Shown piece after piece: positions 9,318-18,681 of a DNA stretch of 64,000 nt. The stretch covers positions 22,142 through 86,141 of the forward strand of contig JAGLXN010000017.1 in assembly GCA_023132875.1 (NCBI GenBank). The letters run 5' to 3'. Origin of the DNA: Candidatus Parcubacteria bacterium. Lineage in GTDB: Bacteria > Patescibacteriota > Minisyncoccia > JAHIHE01 > JAGLIN01. The translations under genes and the position numbers were made by a program. The notes beneath the pieces are model-generated. The model had not been told where the DNA came from and searched no databases. It saw only the letters and a program-made list of their open reading frames with translations. The stretch's first letter is position 1, and the number at the start of each line of letters is the position of its first letter.

Positions 9318-10898
9318 ATGTCAATTATTTTAATTACAATATTAATATTATTTCTCATCAAAATTGTCCGTGATAGCTTGTTTTGTGTTTGGCTTTGGCA
9401 GGTGAAAGAATATCGGATAGATCGGATGAAATCTTATTTGAGAGACGAGAAAAGTATTATTTATAAAAATATTAATTATTTATTTGTTTTGATTTTATTT
9501 TTTATTTGCATTTTGGTTCCACAGCCATTCGGGACTATGGAACTAATGATTCTTATTTATTTAACGCTTTTATTTTTTACTTTTACTTTTTACCAAATTT
9601 TAATAGAAATAAAAGATAGAATTTTAAAAAGACCAAAGTTGACTTTTAAGATAATTCTAATATTTTTCATAGAAGCCACCTTTTATTTTTCGTTCTTTGT
9701 ATTTTACTGGATTCCCGCATTCGCGGGAATGACAAGACCTGCGGTCTTGATCCTACTATTACTATTTATTTATCTCATCACTCCTTTTTTAATTGCTACA
9801 ATTATTTTGTTAACAAATCCATTTTTTAATTTCCAAAAAAGAATAATAAAAAAAAAAGCCACCGAAAAAATGAAGGGATTGAAAAAAGTAAAAGTTATCG
9901 GTATTACGGGCAGTTACGGAAAGACAAGCACGAAAGAATTTCTATATGCGATATTGAACCAGAAATATAAAGTTGTAAAAACAGAAGGGAATAATAATAC
10001 GAATATCGGCGTGGCTTATACTGTTTTAAATAAAGTGAGTGATAAATATGATTATTTTATCTGTGAAATGGGCGCTTATAAAATTGGCGAAATCGCAGAA
10101 ATTTGTAAAATAGTAAAACCGGAAGTTGGAATTTTAACAGGAATTAACGAACAGCATATTGATTTATTTGGGTCTATTGAGAATACGGTTAAAGCGAAGT
10201 TTGAATTGATTGAGGCGTTGCCAGAGAACGGATTGGCGGTAATAAATGAAAAATTAAAAAATCAAAATGGAAAATTACAATTTAAAATTAAAAATGTTAA
10301 ATATTTTTCTTTGAACAATGTAAATGATATTAAAGTTTGTCAGGATTATGTAGGGTTTAATTATAAGAACTATAAATTTAAAACTAATCTTCTTGGCAAG
10401 CATTATATAGAAAATATTTTATCTGCTATAATGATAGCAGAATGTTTGGGAATAAGTTTGGATGAAATTGCAAAAGCAGTAGAGAAAATAAAACCGACTG
10501 AATTTATGATAAGAAAATTATACGGTCCAAATAATTCTATTTTTATTGATGACAGTTATAGCGCAAATCCTGATGGCGTAATCGCGGCGCTTGATTATTT
10601 AGATGAAGCGTATCAAGATTATAAAAAAATAATTGTTTTTCCAGGGATAATTGAATTGGGAAACAAGTCAAAAGAAGTGCATCAAAAATTATTTAGTAAA
10701 ATAGATAAAATTTGCGACTTTGCTTATATACTGAATACAGAATACAGAATACAGAATACTAATAACAAATTTGTTTTTGAGAAGGATTTTAATAAAGTGG
10801 CGAGAATGCTGAAAAATAATCTCAACGAAAAATCTGTTGTTCTTTTTGAAAGCCGGGGAGCGGGAGTGGCGATGGGAAAAGTAAAAATAGAAAAATAA
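9318..10898 (+). CDS. MurF-like Mur ligase with an N-terminal polytopic membrane domain of about 190 aa
   Basis: Mur ligase P-loop GITGSYGKTSTKE and C-terminal DDSYSANP signature; the N-terminus is strongly hydrophobic. Confidence 0.7.
   Translation: MSIILITILILFLIKIVRDSLFCVWLWQVKEYRIDRMKSYLRDEKSIIYKNINYLFVLILFFICILVPQPFGTMELMILIYLTLLFFTFTFYQILIEIKDRILKRPKLTFKIILIFFIEATFYFSFFVFYWIPAFAGMTRPAVLILLLLFIYLITPFLIATIILLTNPFFNFQKRIIKKKATEKMKGLKKVKVIGITGSYGKTSTKEFLYAILNQKYKVVKTEGNNNTNIGVAYTVLNKVSDKYDYFICEMGAYKIGEIAEICKIVKPEVGILTGINEQHIDLFGSIENTVKAKFELIEALPENGLAVINEKLKNQNGKLQFKIKNVKYFSLNNVNDIKVCQDYVGFNYKNYKFKTNLLGKHYIENILSAIMIAECLGISLDEIAKAVEKIKPTEFMIRKLYGPNNSIFIDDSYSANPDGVIAALDYLDEAYQDYKKIIVFPGIIELGNKSKEVHQKLFSKIDKICDFAYILNTEYRIQNTNNKFVFEKDFNKVARMLKNNLNEKSVVLFESRGAGVAMGKVKIEK
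9709..9753. repeat. Repeat family B hairpin (GGATTCCCGC-ATTC-GCGGGAATGAC plus AGACC-TGCG-GGTCT) inserted in-frame in the murF-like ORF
   Basis: Palindrome read directly; translates to IPAFAGMTRPAV. Confidence 0.6.
10733..10760 (+). repeat. In-frame heptamer tandem array (GAATACA x3, GAATACT) in the murF-like ORF
   Basis: Seen directly. Confidence 0.7.
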
Positions 10899-10933
10899 AA
10901 AAAGAAGTGTAGCTTATTATTTAAACTAAACTT

Positions 10934-11164
10934 CTAATATCCCGAACTTTCAACGCAGCACGAATTATTTAATGGAAAACCTTTTATTTCAGATTCTATT
11001 CTTGAGACCCCATCTTTTGAAAATTCAAACTTTAATTTACATTTTGGACATTTTGGATTTTCACCATTTATTTTGAAGTTTTCGTCTCTTTCAAAATAAG
11101 GTTTTTCTTTTCCTTCTGTATCAATGTGCTGATAGCAATAAGGACATACTATTATCATTTTCAT
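10934..11164 (-). CDS. Small zinc-ribbon protein (CPYC...CPKC)
   Basis: Two CxxC pairs, 76 aa. Confidence 0.5.
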   Translation of the reverse strand: MKMIIVCPYCYQHIDTEGKEKPYFERDENFKINGENPKCPKCKLKFEFSKDGVSRIESEIKGFPLNNSCCVESSGY

Positions 11165-11205
11165 TCAATCTCCTATTATCTTTAATTTAATATATAATAT
11201 ACACT

Positions 11206-12471
11206 ATGTCAATATTCAAAAAATTCCAACCAATCGCATCTGCACTTGCGCCGAATTATACTGTTTGGGATCTTTTAATTTGTGATAAATATCTATTATT
11301 GCCTTGGAATTGGGGGAAACTGCAAGAAGGAAAAAATACCAGAAAACTGGAAAGAAAATTTTGCGAATATATGGATTCAAGGTGGGCAATTAGTTTTGAT
11401 AGCGGACGAAGCGGTTTATATACGATTTTGAAGTGTCTTGAAATTAAAGATTACGATGAAATAATACTACAAGCATTTACAACAGTGGCTCTCCCAAATG
11501 TTATAATGTGGTGCGGAGCAAAACCGGTTTATGTTGATATAGATGAAAAAACTTATAATATAGATCCAGATAAAATCGAAGAAAAAATTACAGATAAAAC
11601 AAGAGTGATTATTGTTCAGCATACATTTGGTAATCCAGTAGAAATGGACAGGATTATGAAAATTGCCAGAAATCATAATTTATATGTCATTGAAGATTGC
11701 GCGCATTCTTTGGGAGGGAAATATAAAAACAAAAAAACAGGGACAATAGGAGATATAGCTTTCTTTAGTTTTGGAAGAGATAAAATTATTTCTTCTGTTT
11801 CAGGAGGAATGGTTATAACGGCAAATCAAGAACTTGGGGGAAAAATAAAAGAATTTAGAGATCAAATGCCATATCCTAAAAAATCTTTAATAGTAAGACA
11901 GCTCTTGCATCCTATAATAACTTTTAAGGCTTTAAAATTATATTATTTTTTCAATATTGGAAAAATCATAATGTATTTATCCAGTAAATTTGAAATTATA
12001 ACAAAAGCTTATAGCAAAGAAGAAAAAATAAACCAAAAACCAGATAATTTTCCCGCAAAAATGCCAAACGCACTTGCCGGAATTGCACTACATCAGATGA
12101 AACTTATTAATAAATTTAATAGCCACAGAATAAAAATTGCAAATTTATATAAAGAAAAATTATCTGATAATATAAACATAAGTTTAACAAAATCAACCCC
12201 CGAATCAAAAAATATATTTTTATGGTATACTATCTTAGTTGAAAATAAAAAAGAACTTATTAAAAAAGCTCGAAAAAAACATATAATTTTAGGCAGTTGG
12301 TTTCCGCAGGCAGTTGGACCGATTGAAGTTGATGTTGAAAAATCTGGCTATAAAAAAGGCAGCTGTCCAATTGCGGAAAAGATAAGCTTGAAGTGCGTCA
12401 ATTTACCGACACATCATAATATAGACAATAAAGATGTTGAGAAGATGGTAAAAGTGATAAATGATTATTAA
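11206..12471 (+). CDS. DegT/DnrJ/EryC1/StrS-family PLP-dependent sugar aminotransferase
   Basis: DCAHSLGG...FSFGRDKIISSVSGGMV pattern. Confidence 0.7.
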   Translation: MSIFKKFQPIASALAPNYTVWDLLICDKYLLLPWNWGKLQEGKNTRKLERKFCEYMDSRWAISFDSGRSGLYTILKCLEIKDYDEIILQAFTTVALPNVIMWCGAKPVYVDIDEKTYNIDPDKIEEKITDKTRVIIVQHTFGNPVEMDRIMKIARNHNLYVIEDCAHSLGGKYKNKKTGTIGDIAFFSFGRDKIISSVSGGMVITANQELGGKIKEFRDQMPYPKKSLIVRQLLHPIITFKALKLYYFFNIGKIIMYLSSKFEIITKAYSKEEKINQKPDNFPAKMPNALAGIALHQMKLINKFNSHRIKIANLYKEKLSDNINISLTKSTPESKNIFLWYTILVENKKELIKKARKKHIILGSWFPQAVGPIEVDVEKSGYKKGSCPIAEKISLKCVNLPTHHNIDNKDVEKMVKVINDY

Positions 12472-12490
12472 TTAATCCTTCTTAGTATTT

Positions 12491-13519
12491 ATGAATATTA
12501 AAGAAATAACAAATAAATCCCAATGGGAAAATTTTGTTCAAGAAAACAAAGAAAGTACTTTTCTGCAATCTTGGAATTGGGGAGAATTCAATAGAAACAC
12601 AGGAGAAAAAATCTGGCGACTTGGAGTTTTTGACAATGAAGAACTTTTAGCAGTCGCGCTAGTTATAAAAGTAAACGCAAGGAGAGGATCATTTTTATTT
12701 GTTCCGCAGGGACCAATAATAAAGGTATTCAGTATTCAGTATTCAGTATTCAGTATATTAAATGAATTTTTTGATTATTTAAAAGATCTTGGAATAAAAG
12801 AAAGGGTTGGATTTATTCGCGTTAGTCCGATTTTAAAAAATACTGAAGAAAATTTGAATATTTTTGAAAAAGCAGGATTTAGAAACGCGCCGATTCATAT
12901 GATGCACCCAGAAACAACTTGGCTTTTAGATATTACAAAAAGCGAGGATGAAATTTTAAAAGGAATGAGAAAAACGCATAGAAATTTAATTCGTCGCGCG
13001 GCAAAAGAAGATGTTAAAATTATACAAAGCACGGATGAAGAATATCTTAAAGCGTTTTATGATATTCATATGGAAACTGTCCGGCGGCATAAATTTGTCC
13101 CGTTCCCCTATGATTATATAAAGAGCGAAACTGACGCGTTTAAAAACGACGATCAAATAAGCATATTTTCCGCAAAATATAAAGGTGAAATAATTTCATC
13201 CGCTATTATAATATTTTATGGAGAACAAGCTTTTTATCATCATGGCTCATCATCGTCAAAGTATTATAAAATTCCATCATCATATTTAAATCTTTGGGAA
13301 GCAATTAAGGAAGCAAAAAAAAGAGGAAAGAAGAAATTTAATTTTTACGGTATTGTTGAAAATAAGCCGAAACATCCTTGGGCTGGATTGTCAAAATTTA
13401 AAAAAGGATTTGGCGGACACCAAGAGGAACTATTACATTGCCAGGATTTGCCGTTGAATAGAAAATACGCGATTACATGGGTTGTTGAAACAATAAGGAA
13501 AGTTAGAAGAGGATATTGA
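12491..13519 (+). CDS. FemAB-family peptidoglycan interpeptide-bridge peptidyltransferase-like protein
   Basis: N-terminal QSW.WGEF signature region; GNAT-like size. Confidence 0.55.
   Translation: MNIKEITNKSQWENFVQENKESTFLQSWNWGEFNRNTGEKIWRLGVFDNEELLAVALVIKVNARRGSFLFVPQGPIIKVFSIQYSVFSILNEFFDYLKDLGIKERVGFIRVSPILKNTEENLNIFEKAGFRNAPIHMMHPETTWLLDITKSEDEILKGMRKTHRNLIRRAAKEDVKIIQSTDEEYLKAFYDIHMETVRRHKFVPFPYDYIKSETDAFKNDDQISIFSAKYKGEIISSAIIIFYGEQAFYHHGSSSSKYYKIPSSYLNLWEAIKEAKKRGKKKFNFYGIVENKPKHPWAGLSKFKKGFGGHQEELLHCQDLPLNRKYAITWVVETIRKVRRGY
12724..12751 (+). repeat. In-frame heptamer tandem array (GTATTCA x4) in the FemAB-like ORF
   Basis: Seen directly; encodes SIQYSVFSI. Confidence 0.7.
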
Positions 13520-13523
13520 TGGT

Positions 13524-13566
13524 GAATCAGGAATCAGGAATCAGGAATTATGAATTAGGAATTAAG
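13524..13566. repeat. GAAT-core heptamer array (GAATCAG x3, GAATTAT, GAATTAG, GAATTAA) right after the FemAB-like stop
   Basis: Seen directly. Confidence 0.7.
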
Positions 13567-13629
13567 AACTTTCTATTTTTATAAAAATGCTTAGATGTTT
13601 ATTAGAAATGTTTATTGTAATAGATAAAA

Positions 13630-13656
13630 GATTCTGAAACAAGTTTAGAATGACAA
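13630..13656. repeat. Repeat family B hairpin GATTCTGAAACAAGTTTAGAATGACAA
   Basis: Same hairpin as at 61007 and inverted at 60857. Confidence 0.6.
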
Positions 13657-13720
13657 AATTTGTAATTTTTAAAATAAATTCCATAGTTTCATATAACATA
13701 CAATCCATAATTCATGATTC

Positions 13721-14752
13721 ATGATCCGTAATTTCAAGTTTAGAAGAAAAAGAATAAAACCATGGCAGCGAAAACCAAGGATTTTTGCGAGTCACAAACC
13801 TATTTTTTTTAAAAAAAATAAAAGCGGTTCTGCTAAAAATCTTAAAAGGGGATTATTGATAGCGTTTGTTTTTTTTGTCGCGTATTTTATTTTTTTCTCG
13901 GAGTTTTTTATAATTAAAAAAATAGATATAAATGGAAACAAAACCATTTCCAATAAAAACATAGAAAAAATCATAAAAAATGAAAACTCAAATCCGATTT
14001 TAGCAATTTTTCCTGGAAATAATTTTTTTCTTACTAACGAGGAAAAAATAGAAAAAAAACTGCTTAGCGAGTTTTCAGAGATCAAAACAATAACAATTAA
14101 AAAAAAGCTTCCAGATACTATAAAAGCGGAGATTGTAGAAAAAAATCCTCTTATTCTTTGGTGCAGAACTGAAAGCTGTTATTATCTTGACACTGAAGGA
14201 ATAGCTTTTATGGCTGAAAGCAGTGATACAGAAGCATATAAAGACAAAAAATTTATAAAAATTATAGAAGAGGTAAAAATTAAAGAAGAGATAGAAGATG
14301 AATTAGAAAGAGAGAAAGAAGAAAAGGAAACTAAGCCAGTGTTTTTAGATAATATTCAAAATACAATTGATTCTGAAATTTCTGATAATCCAGAGCATGA
14401 TGAAAGAGAAAATGATAAAAAAAATGAAGACAAAAATATCATACTAGAACCAATAAAAATAAATGATAAGATCGCGAATGAAGATTTTATAAATTTTGTT
14501 TTTAAATTAGATAATAGCATTAAAAGCGACACTGATATAAAAATTAAATATTATAAGACAAAGGGAGTAAAAACAAGAGAGATAATCGCGTATTCAGATA
14601 AAAACATAAGAATTTATTTTAATACTGCAGATGACGCGAAATTACAAACAACATATCTAAAAGATTTTATGTCTAAAGGAATTGGTAAAAATGAAATAAA
14701 TACATTAGAATATATATACCTTAAATCTGGAAATAAGATTTTTTATAAATAA
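13721..14752 (+). CDS. ftsQ: FtsQ/DivIB-like cell division protein (TM + POTRA) with an acidic insertion
   Basis: TM segment followed by a POTRA-like pattern I.INGN...LPDTIKAEIVEKNPLILWC. Confidence 0.55.
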   Translation: MIRNFKFRRKRIKPWQRKPRIFASHKPIFFKKNKSGSAKNLKRGLLIAFVFFVAYFIFFSEFFIIKKIDINGNKTISNKNIEKIIKNENSNPILAIFPGNNFFLTNEEKIEKKLLSEFSEIKTITIKKKLPDTIKAEIVEKNPLILWCRTESCYYLDTEGIAFMAESSDTEAYKDKKFIKIIEEVKIKEEIEDELEREKEEKETKPVFLDNIQNTIDSEISDNPEHDERENDKKNEDKNIILEPIKINDKIANEDFINFVFKLDNSIKSDTDIKIKYYKTKGVKTREIIAYSDKNIRIYFNTADDAKLQTTYLKDFMSKGIGKNEINTLEYIYLKSGNKIFYK

Positions 14753-16360
14753 TTGAAATTTAAAATAATTAAAATGAAAAAAATACGAACAAGATTTGCG
14801 CCAAGCCCGACGGGATATCTTCATGTTGGAAGTTTAAGAACTGCGTTATATAATTATCTGTTTGCCAAACATAATAACGGCGATTTTATCCTGCGTATTG
14901 AAGATACGGATAAAGCAAGGTTTGTGGAGGGTTCTATTGAAAATTTAGTGAAAATATTGGACCTAATCGAGCTGAAATATAATGAAGGTGTATTTGTAGA
15001 TAATGACGGAAAAATCTCTCAAAAAGGCAATTTTGGGCCATATATACAATCTGAAAGGCTAGAAATATATAAAAAATATGTTGACAAGCTAATAAAAAAT
15101 GATTATGCATATTTTTGCTTCTGTAGTCAAGAACGGCTGGAAGAAATGAGAAAAGAACAGCAAGCGCAAAAAATGGCTCCTAAGTATGACGGAAAGTGCA
15201 GGGGACTGGATAAAAAAGAAATTCAAAGGCTTCTCGATAAAAAAACTCCCTATGTTGTTCGTCTAAAAACTCCGCAGGAAGGATTTACCGAATTTGATGA
15301 TCTAGTTTATGGAAAAATAAAAATTGAAAACAAGGTAATTGATGATCAAGTTTTGATGAAGTCCGATGGATTTCCAACATATCATTTGGCAAATGTCATT
15401 GATGATCATTTAATGGAAATTTCACATGTCATTCGGGGAGAGGAATGGCTTCCATCAACTCCAAAGCATGTTATTTTATATAAAGCGTTTGGGTGGGATA
15501 TGCCAGAGTTTGCTCATCTACCACTTCTTCTTAATCCCGATAAAAGCAAATTGAGTAAACGTCAGGGCGATGTCGCAGTAGAAAATTATCTAAAAAAAGG
15601 ATATTTACCAGAAGCATTGTTAAACTTTATATTATTACTTGGTTGGAATCCTAAAACTGAAGAAGAAATTTTTTCATTTGATGAAATGATAAAAAGATTT
15701 GATTTGTCTGGAGTTAATAAAACGGGAGCTATTTTCAGTGTAGAAAAACTGGATTGGATAAATGGAACGTATATTCGTTGTATGCCGCTTGAAGAACTTA
15801 CCGAACTTTGTGTTCCATATTTGATTGAGGCAGGATTGATAGAAAGAATTATGAATTATGAATTAAGAATAAAGAATAAAATTCAAAATTCAAAATTCTC
15901 CTCCCGAGGCGGATCAGCCTTGGGCTGGAAGATTCAAAATTCTGATAAGGAAGTAGATTTTGATTATTTAAAAAAAGTTATTGCGCTTGAACAGGAACGG
16001 ATGAAGAAATTGAGTGAGATAGGGGAGCTGGTAAAATTTATCTTTGTTGATAAATTAGATTATGATAAAGATTTACTGGTATGGAAAAAAATGAGCTTTG
16101 AAGAGGTAAAAAATAATTTAGAATTAGCTTATGATGAATTAGAAAAAATAGACGAGAAAGATTTTGTGAAAAATAATTTGGAAGAAGTTTTGAGAAATTT
16201 AATGGGACGAGAGGGGATTAAGACGGGAGAATTGTTATGGCCCTTGCGAGTAGCTTTGACTGGCCTGAAAGGATCACCAGGACCGTTTGAAGTGGCAAGC
16301 GTTTTGGGAAAGGGAAAAGCTTTAAAGAGGATCAGAAAGGTAATTGAATTATTGAGATAA
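14753..16360 (+). CDS. gltX: Glutamyl-tRNA synthetase
   Basis: HIGH (PSPTGYLHVGS) and KMSKS-like (KLSKR) motifs; contains an in-frame repeat insertion. Confidence 0.9.
   Translation: MKFKIIKMKKIRTRFAPSPTGYLHVGSLRTALYNYLFAKHNNGDFILRIEDTDKARFVEGSIENLVKILDLIELKYNEGVFVDNDGKISQKGNFGPYIQSERLEIYKKYVDKLIKNDYAYFCFCSQERLEEMRKEQQAQKMAPKYDGKCRGLDKKEIQRLLDKKTPYVVRLKTPQEGFTEFDDLVYGKIKIENKVIDDQVLMKSDGFPTYHLANVIDDHLMEISHVIRGEEWLPSTPKHVILYKAFGWDMPEFAHLPLLLNPDKSKLSKRQGDVAVENYLKKGYLPEALLNFILLLGWNPKTEEEIFSFDEMIKRFDLSGVNKTGAIFSVEKLDWINGTYIRCMPLEELTELCVPYLIEAGLIERIMNYELRIKNKIQNSKFSSRGGSALGWKIQNSDKEVDFDYLKKVIALEQERMKKLSEIGELVKFIFVDKLDYDKDLLVWKKMSFEEVKNNLELAYDELEKIDEKDFVKNNLEEVLRNLMGREGIKTGELLWPLRVALTGLKGSPGPFEVASVLGKGKALKRIRKVIELLR
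15846..15948. mobile_element. Repeat family A element (GAAT heptamers plus GC-rich core CCTCCCGAGGCGGATCAGCCTTGGGCTGG) inserted in-frame in gltX
   Basis: Core matches the copies at 36568, 50467 and 63030; encodes MNYELRIKNKIQNSKFSSRGGSALGWKIQNS. Confidence 0.65.
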
Positions 16361-16393
16361 AAAAAGAACACAGTCTTGCTGTGTTTTATTTTA
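16361..16393 (+). terminator. Rho-independent terminator after gltX (GAACACAG-tcttg-CTGTGTT plus T-run)
   Basis: Seen directly. Confidence 0.6.
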
Positions 16394-16405
16394 TGTTTAT
16401 GATAT

Positions 16406-16675
16406 TTATGGAATTCTGATTTCCATTTCTCTTTCAATCATTATTAATCCTTTTGGATCATCTTCAATTATTCCTATTGCTTCTATTATTTTCATCATTG
16501 CTCCATAAAATTTATTTTCTTTTATTAGGATTACTATTTCCTCTTTTAATTTTTGTATTTCTTCACTCTCTGCTTTTTCCGGGTCCATGACTTCATAAAA
16601 GCCATCTCTGGCTAAAATAGGAAGTTGCAATTCCCTTGCCATCTGTTCTCCTCGTGCTGTTAATTTAACTCTCAT
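16406..16675 (-). CDS. Hypothetical protein
   Basis: 89-aa ORF, no recognisable motif. Confidence 0.35.
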   Translation of the reverse strand: MRVKLTARGEQMARELQLPILARDGFYEVMDPEKAESEEIQKLKEEIVILIKENKFYGAMMKIIEAIGIIEDDPKGLIMIEREMEIRIP

Positions 16676-16756
16676 CTGATCTTATCCTCCTTTTTGTTTT
16701 GTTGTTATCATTATAGTAATGTATAAAAATATGTCAAGATGATTAATTCCAAAATC

Positions 16757-16862
16757 CAAATCAGTGTTTATTTGTATATTTGTCGGCACTTATCGGTATG
16801 CTATTGAATAATTAGACACAGAAAAACACTGACTTCCGGCATTGATGAACACAGATACTAAT
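16757..16862. repeat. Repeat family E copy (AACACWGA units in inverted arrangement)
   Basis: ATCAGTGTTTATTTGT ... GACACAGAAAAACACTGACTTCCGGCATTGATGAACACAGATA. Confidence 0.5.
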
Positions 16863-16929
16863 CTCCCAATTGAACAAACCCAAAAAATATGCTATAATTA
16901 AGACAGTTTAAATAATCATATTCATAAAA

Positions 16930-18270
16930 ATGGTTATAACTAAACACAAAAAGCTAACTATTACATTATTACTATTGGCGTCTTTTGTTGTGTCGCCATT
17001 TTTTGGCATAGAAATAAAGCAAAGCAAAGCAGATCTAGTAGAAGAAATTGAAGACCAAATAAACGAAAAAAGTGAAACAGTAAAAAATCTTGAAAATCAA
17101 GCAGAAGAATATAAAGATCTTATAAGAGGGCTTCGGATAGAAGAACAGAGTCTAGAAAATGAAATTGAGCTTCTTGACGCGCAAGTCGCTCAGCTTAATT
17201 TAGAGATTCAAACAACGCAGACTCAGATAGAACAAACAAATCTTGAAATAAATAATTTACTGCTAAGAATCCAGATAAAGGAAGAAGAAATTGAAAAACA
17301 GAAAGATATTCTGAAAAATTTACTGCGAGAGATAAATGCTTATGATAATGAAACAACGCTTGAAATTCTTCTTAAAAGCAAAGAGTTCTCAGAATTTCTA
17401 AATCAAGCTGAATATATGAACACAGTTGGAGGAAAAATTAAAGATGCTCTTGACGAGCTTAATTCAATAAAGCAAGAATTGGAAGAGAAAAAAGAAGAAA
17501 TGAAAGAAAAGAAAAATCAGCTTGAAGAATTAAGCAAAAAATTGTTGGATCAAAAAGAAATAGTAAACGCGCAAAAAAACGCGAAAGAAGCCTTGCTAAA
17601 AGAAACAAGAGGGAAAGAATATAAATACCAGGATTTACTATTCAATGTCAGGAATCAAAGAAAAACGATTTTAGGCGACATAAACAGGCTTAAAAGAGAA
17701 ATGCAGGTTGAGATCGCAAAAATCGCAGCTATGGCAGAAAGGCCTTCGGAAAATCTTGCGTCCACAAGCTGGTATTTTTCCCAAAATAATTCAAGATGGA
17801 AAGATATGACAATCGGACTTTCAAATTCTTCCGTTGATGATTATGGATGCGCTATTTCGTCCGTAGCAATGGTATTTAAATATTATGGGATAGACATAGA
17901 TCCTGGACGGCTTTCAAAACAGCCTATATTCTATTATGATTTAATTGTTTGGCCCAAACAGTGGAGATTTTTGGATTTAATCAAAAATTCATATCATAAA
18001 TCAGGCGGACTTACTAAGGCTGATTGGAATTTAATAGATCGTGAAATCGCCAGCGGACATCCAGTAATTGTATTTATTAAAGCGCTAGGAAGAGGCGCTG
18101 GACATTATGTCGTAATTCACAGCAAAGACTCAAAAGGATATATTGTCCATGATCCCGTCAGATGGAACGGCCAGAGCGGAGCTAATATATATCTTTCAAC
18201 AACAAGGAAATATATAGGTTCTATATATAAAACAAACACTGTTGTTGACCAAATGATCATTTATCATTGA
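16930..18270 (+). CDS. Secreted coiled-coil protein with a C-terminal papain-like cysteine peptidase domain (C39-like); PcsB/EnvC-like architecture
   Basis: Signal/TM segment, about 250 aa of coiled coil, then DYGCAISSVAMV...GHYVVIHS (Cys/His dyad). Confidence 0.6.
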   Translation: MVITKHKKLTITLLLLASFVVSPFFGIEIKQSKADLVEEIEDQINEKSETVKNLENQAEEYKDLIRGLRIEEQSLENEIELLDAQVAQLNLEIQTTQTQIEQTNLEINNLLLRIQIKEEEIEKQKDILKNLLREINAYDNETTLEILLKSKEFSEFLNQAEYMNTVGGKIKDALDELNSIKQELEEKKEEMKEKKNQLEELSKKLLDQKEIVNAQKNAKEALLKETRGKEYKYQDLLFNVRNQRKTILGDINRLKREMQVEIAKIAAMAERPSENLASTSWYFSQNNSRWKDMTIGLSNSSVDDYGCAISSVAMVFKYYGIDIDPGRLSKQPIFYYDLIVWPKQWRFLDLIKNSYHKSGGLTKADWNLIDREIASGHPVIVFIKALGRGAGHYVVIHSKDSKGYIVHDPVRWNGQSGANIYLSTTRKYIGSIYKTNTVVDQMIIYH

Positions 18271-18681
18271 TTTAGCTTCTTAGATTATAGCTTCTTAGCT
18301 TTTTAGGAATTATTTCAGGAATTTTTCAGGATGACAAAATAGAAATGATTTTTTATATTTTACGACATAAAGTTATAATATTTGAAATTAATAAAAGAAC
18401 TTTATGATAAAGATTTGGGCTTAATAATAAAAAGCAATTAATATAATAAAAAAAGATAAACCTAACAACTATACAGAAAAATTTATCCAGAAAAGGGATT
18501 TATCGTTTTTATTAGAAACTAAAGCTAAATTTAAGAACTAATGTCGTAAAAGCTACCTTGTGCGACATTACCACTAACTTTTTTTATCCGCTTCCCTAGC
18601 GGATTTTATGTATATATAACTGAATTGTTAATGTATGTCTTTATTATAATACTTTTAAAATTTGTGTCAAGAATACATTAT

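Noticed and set aside
18578-18598. Hairpin ATCCGCT-TCCCT-AGCGGAT as terminator of ORF 18682..19035
   Set aside because: The U-run is on the wrong side for the minus-strand gene, and only a weak T-run follows it on the plus strand.
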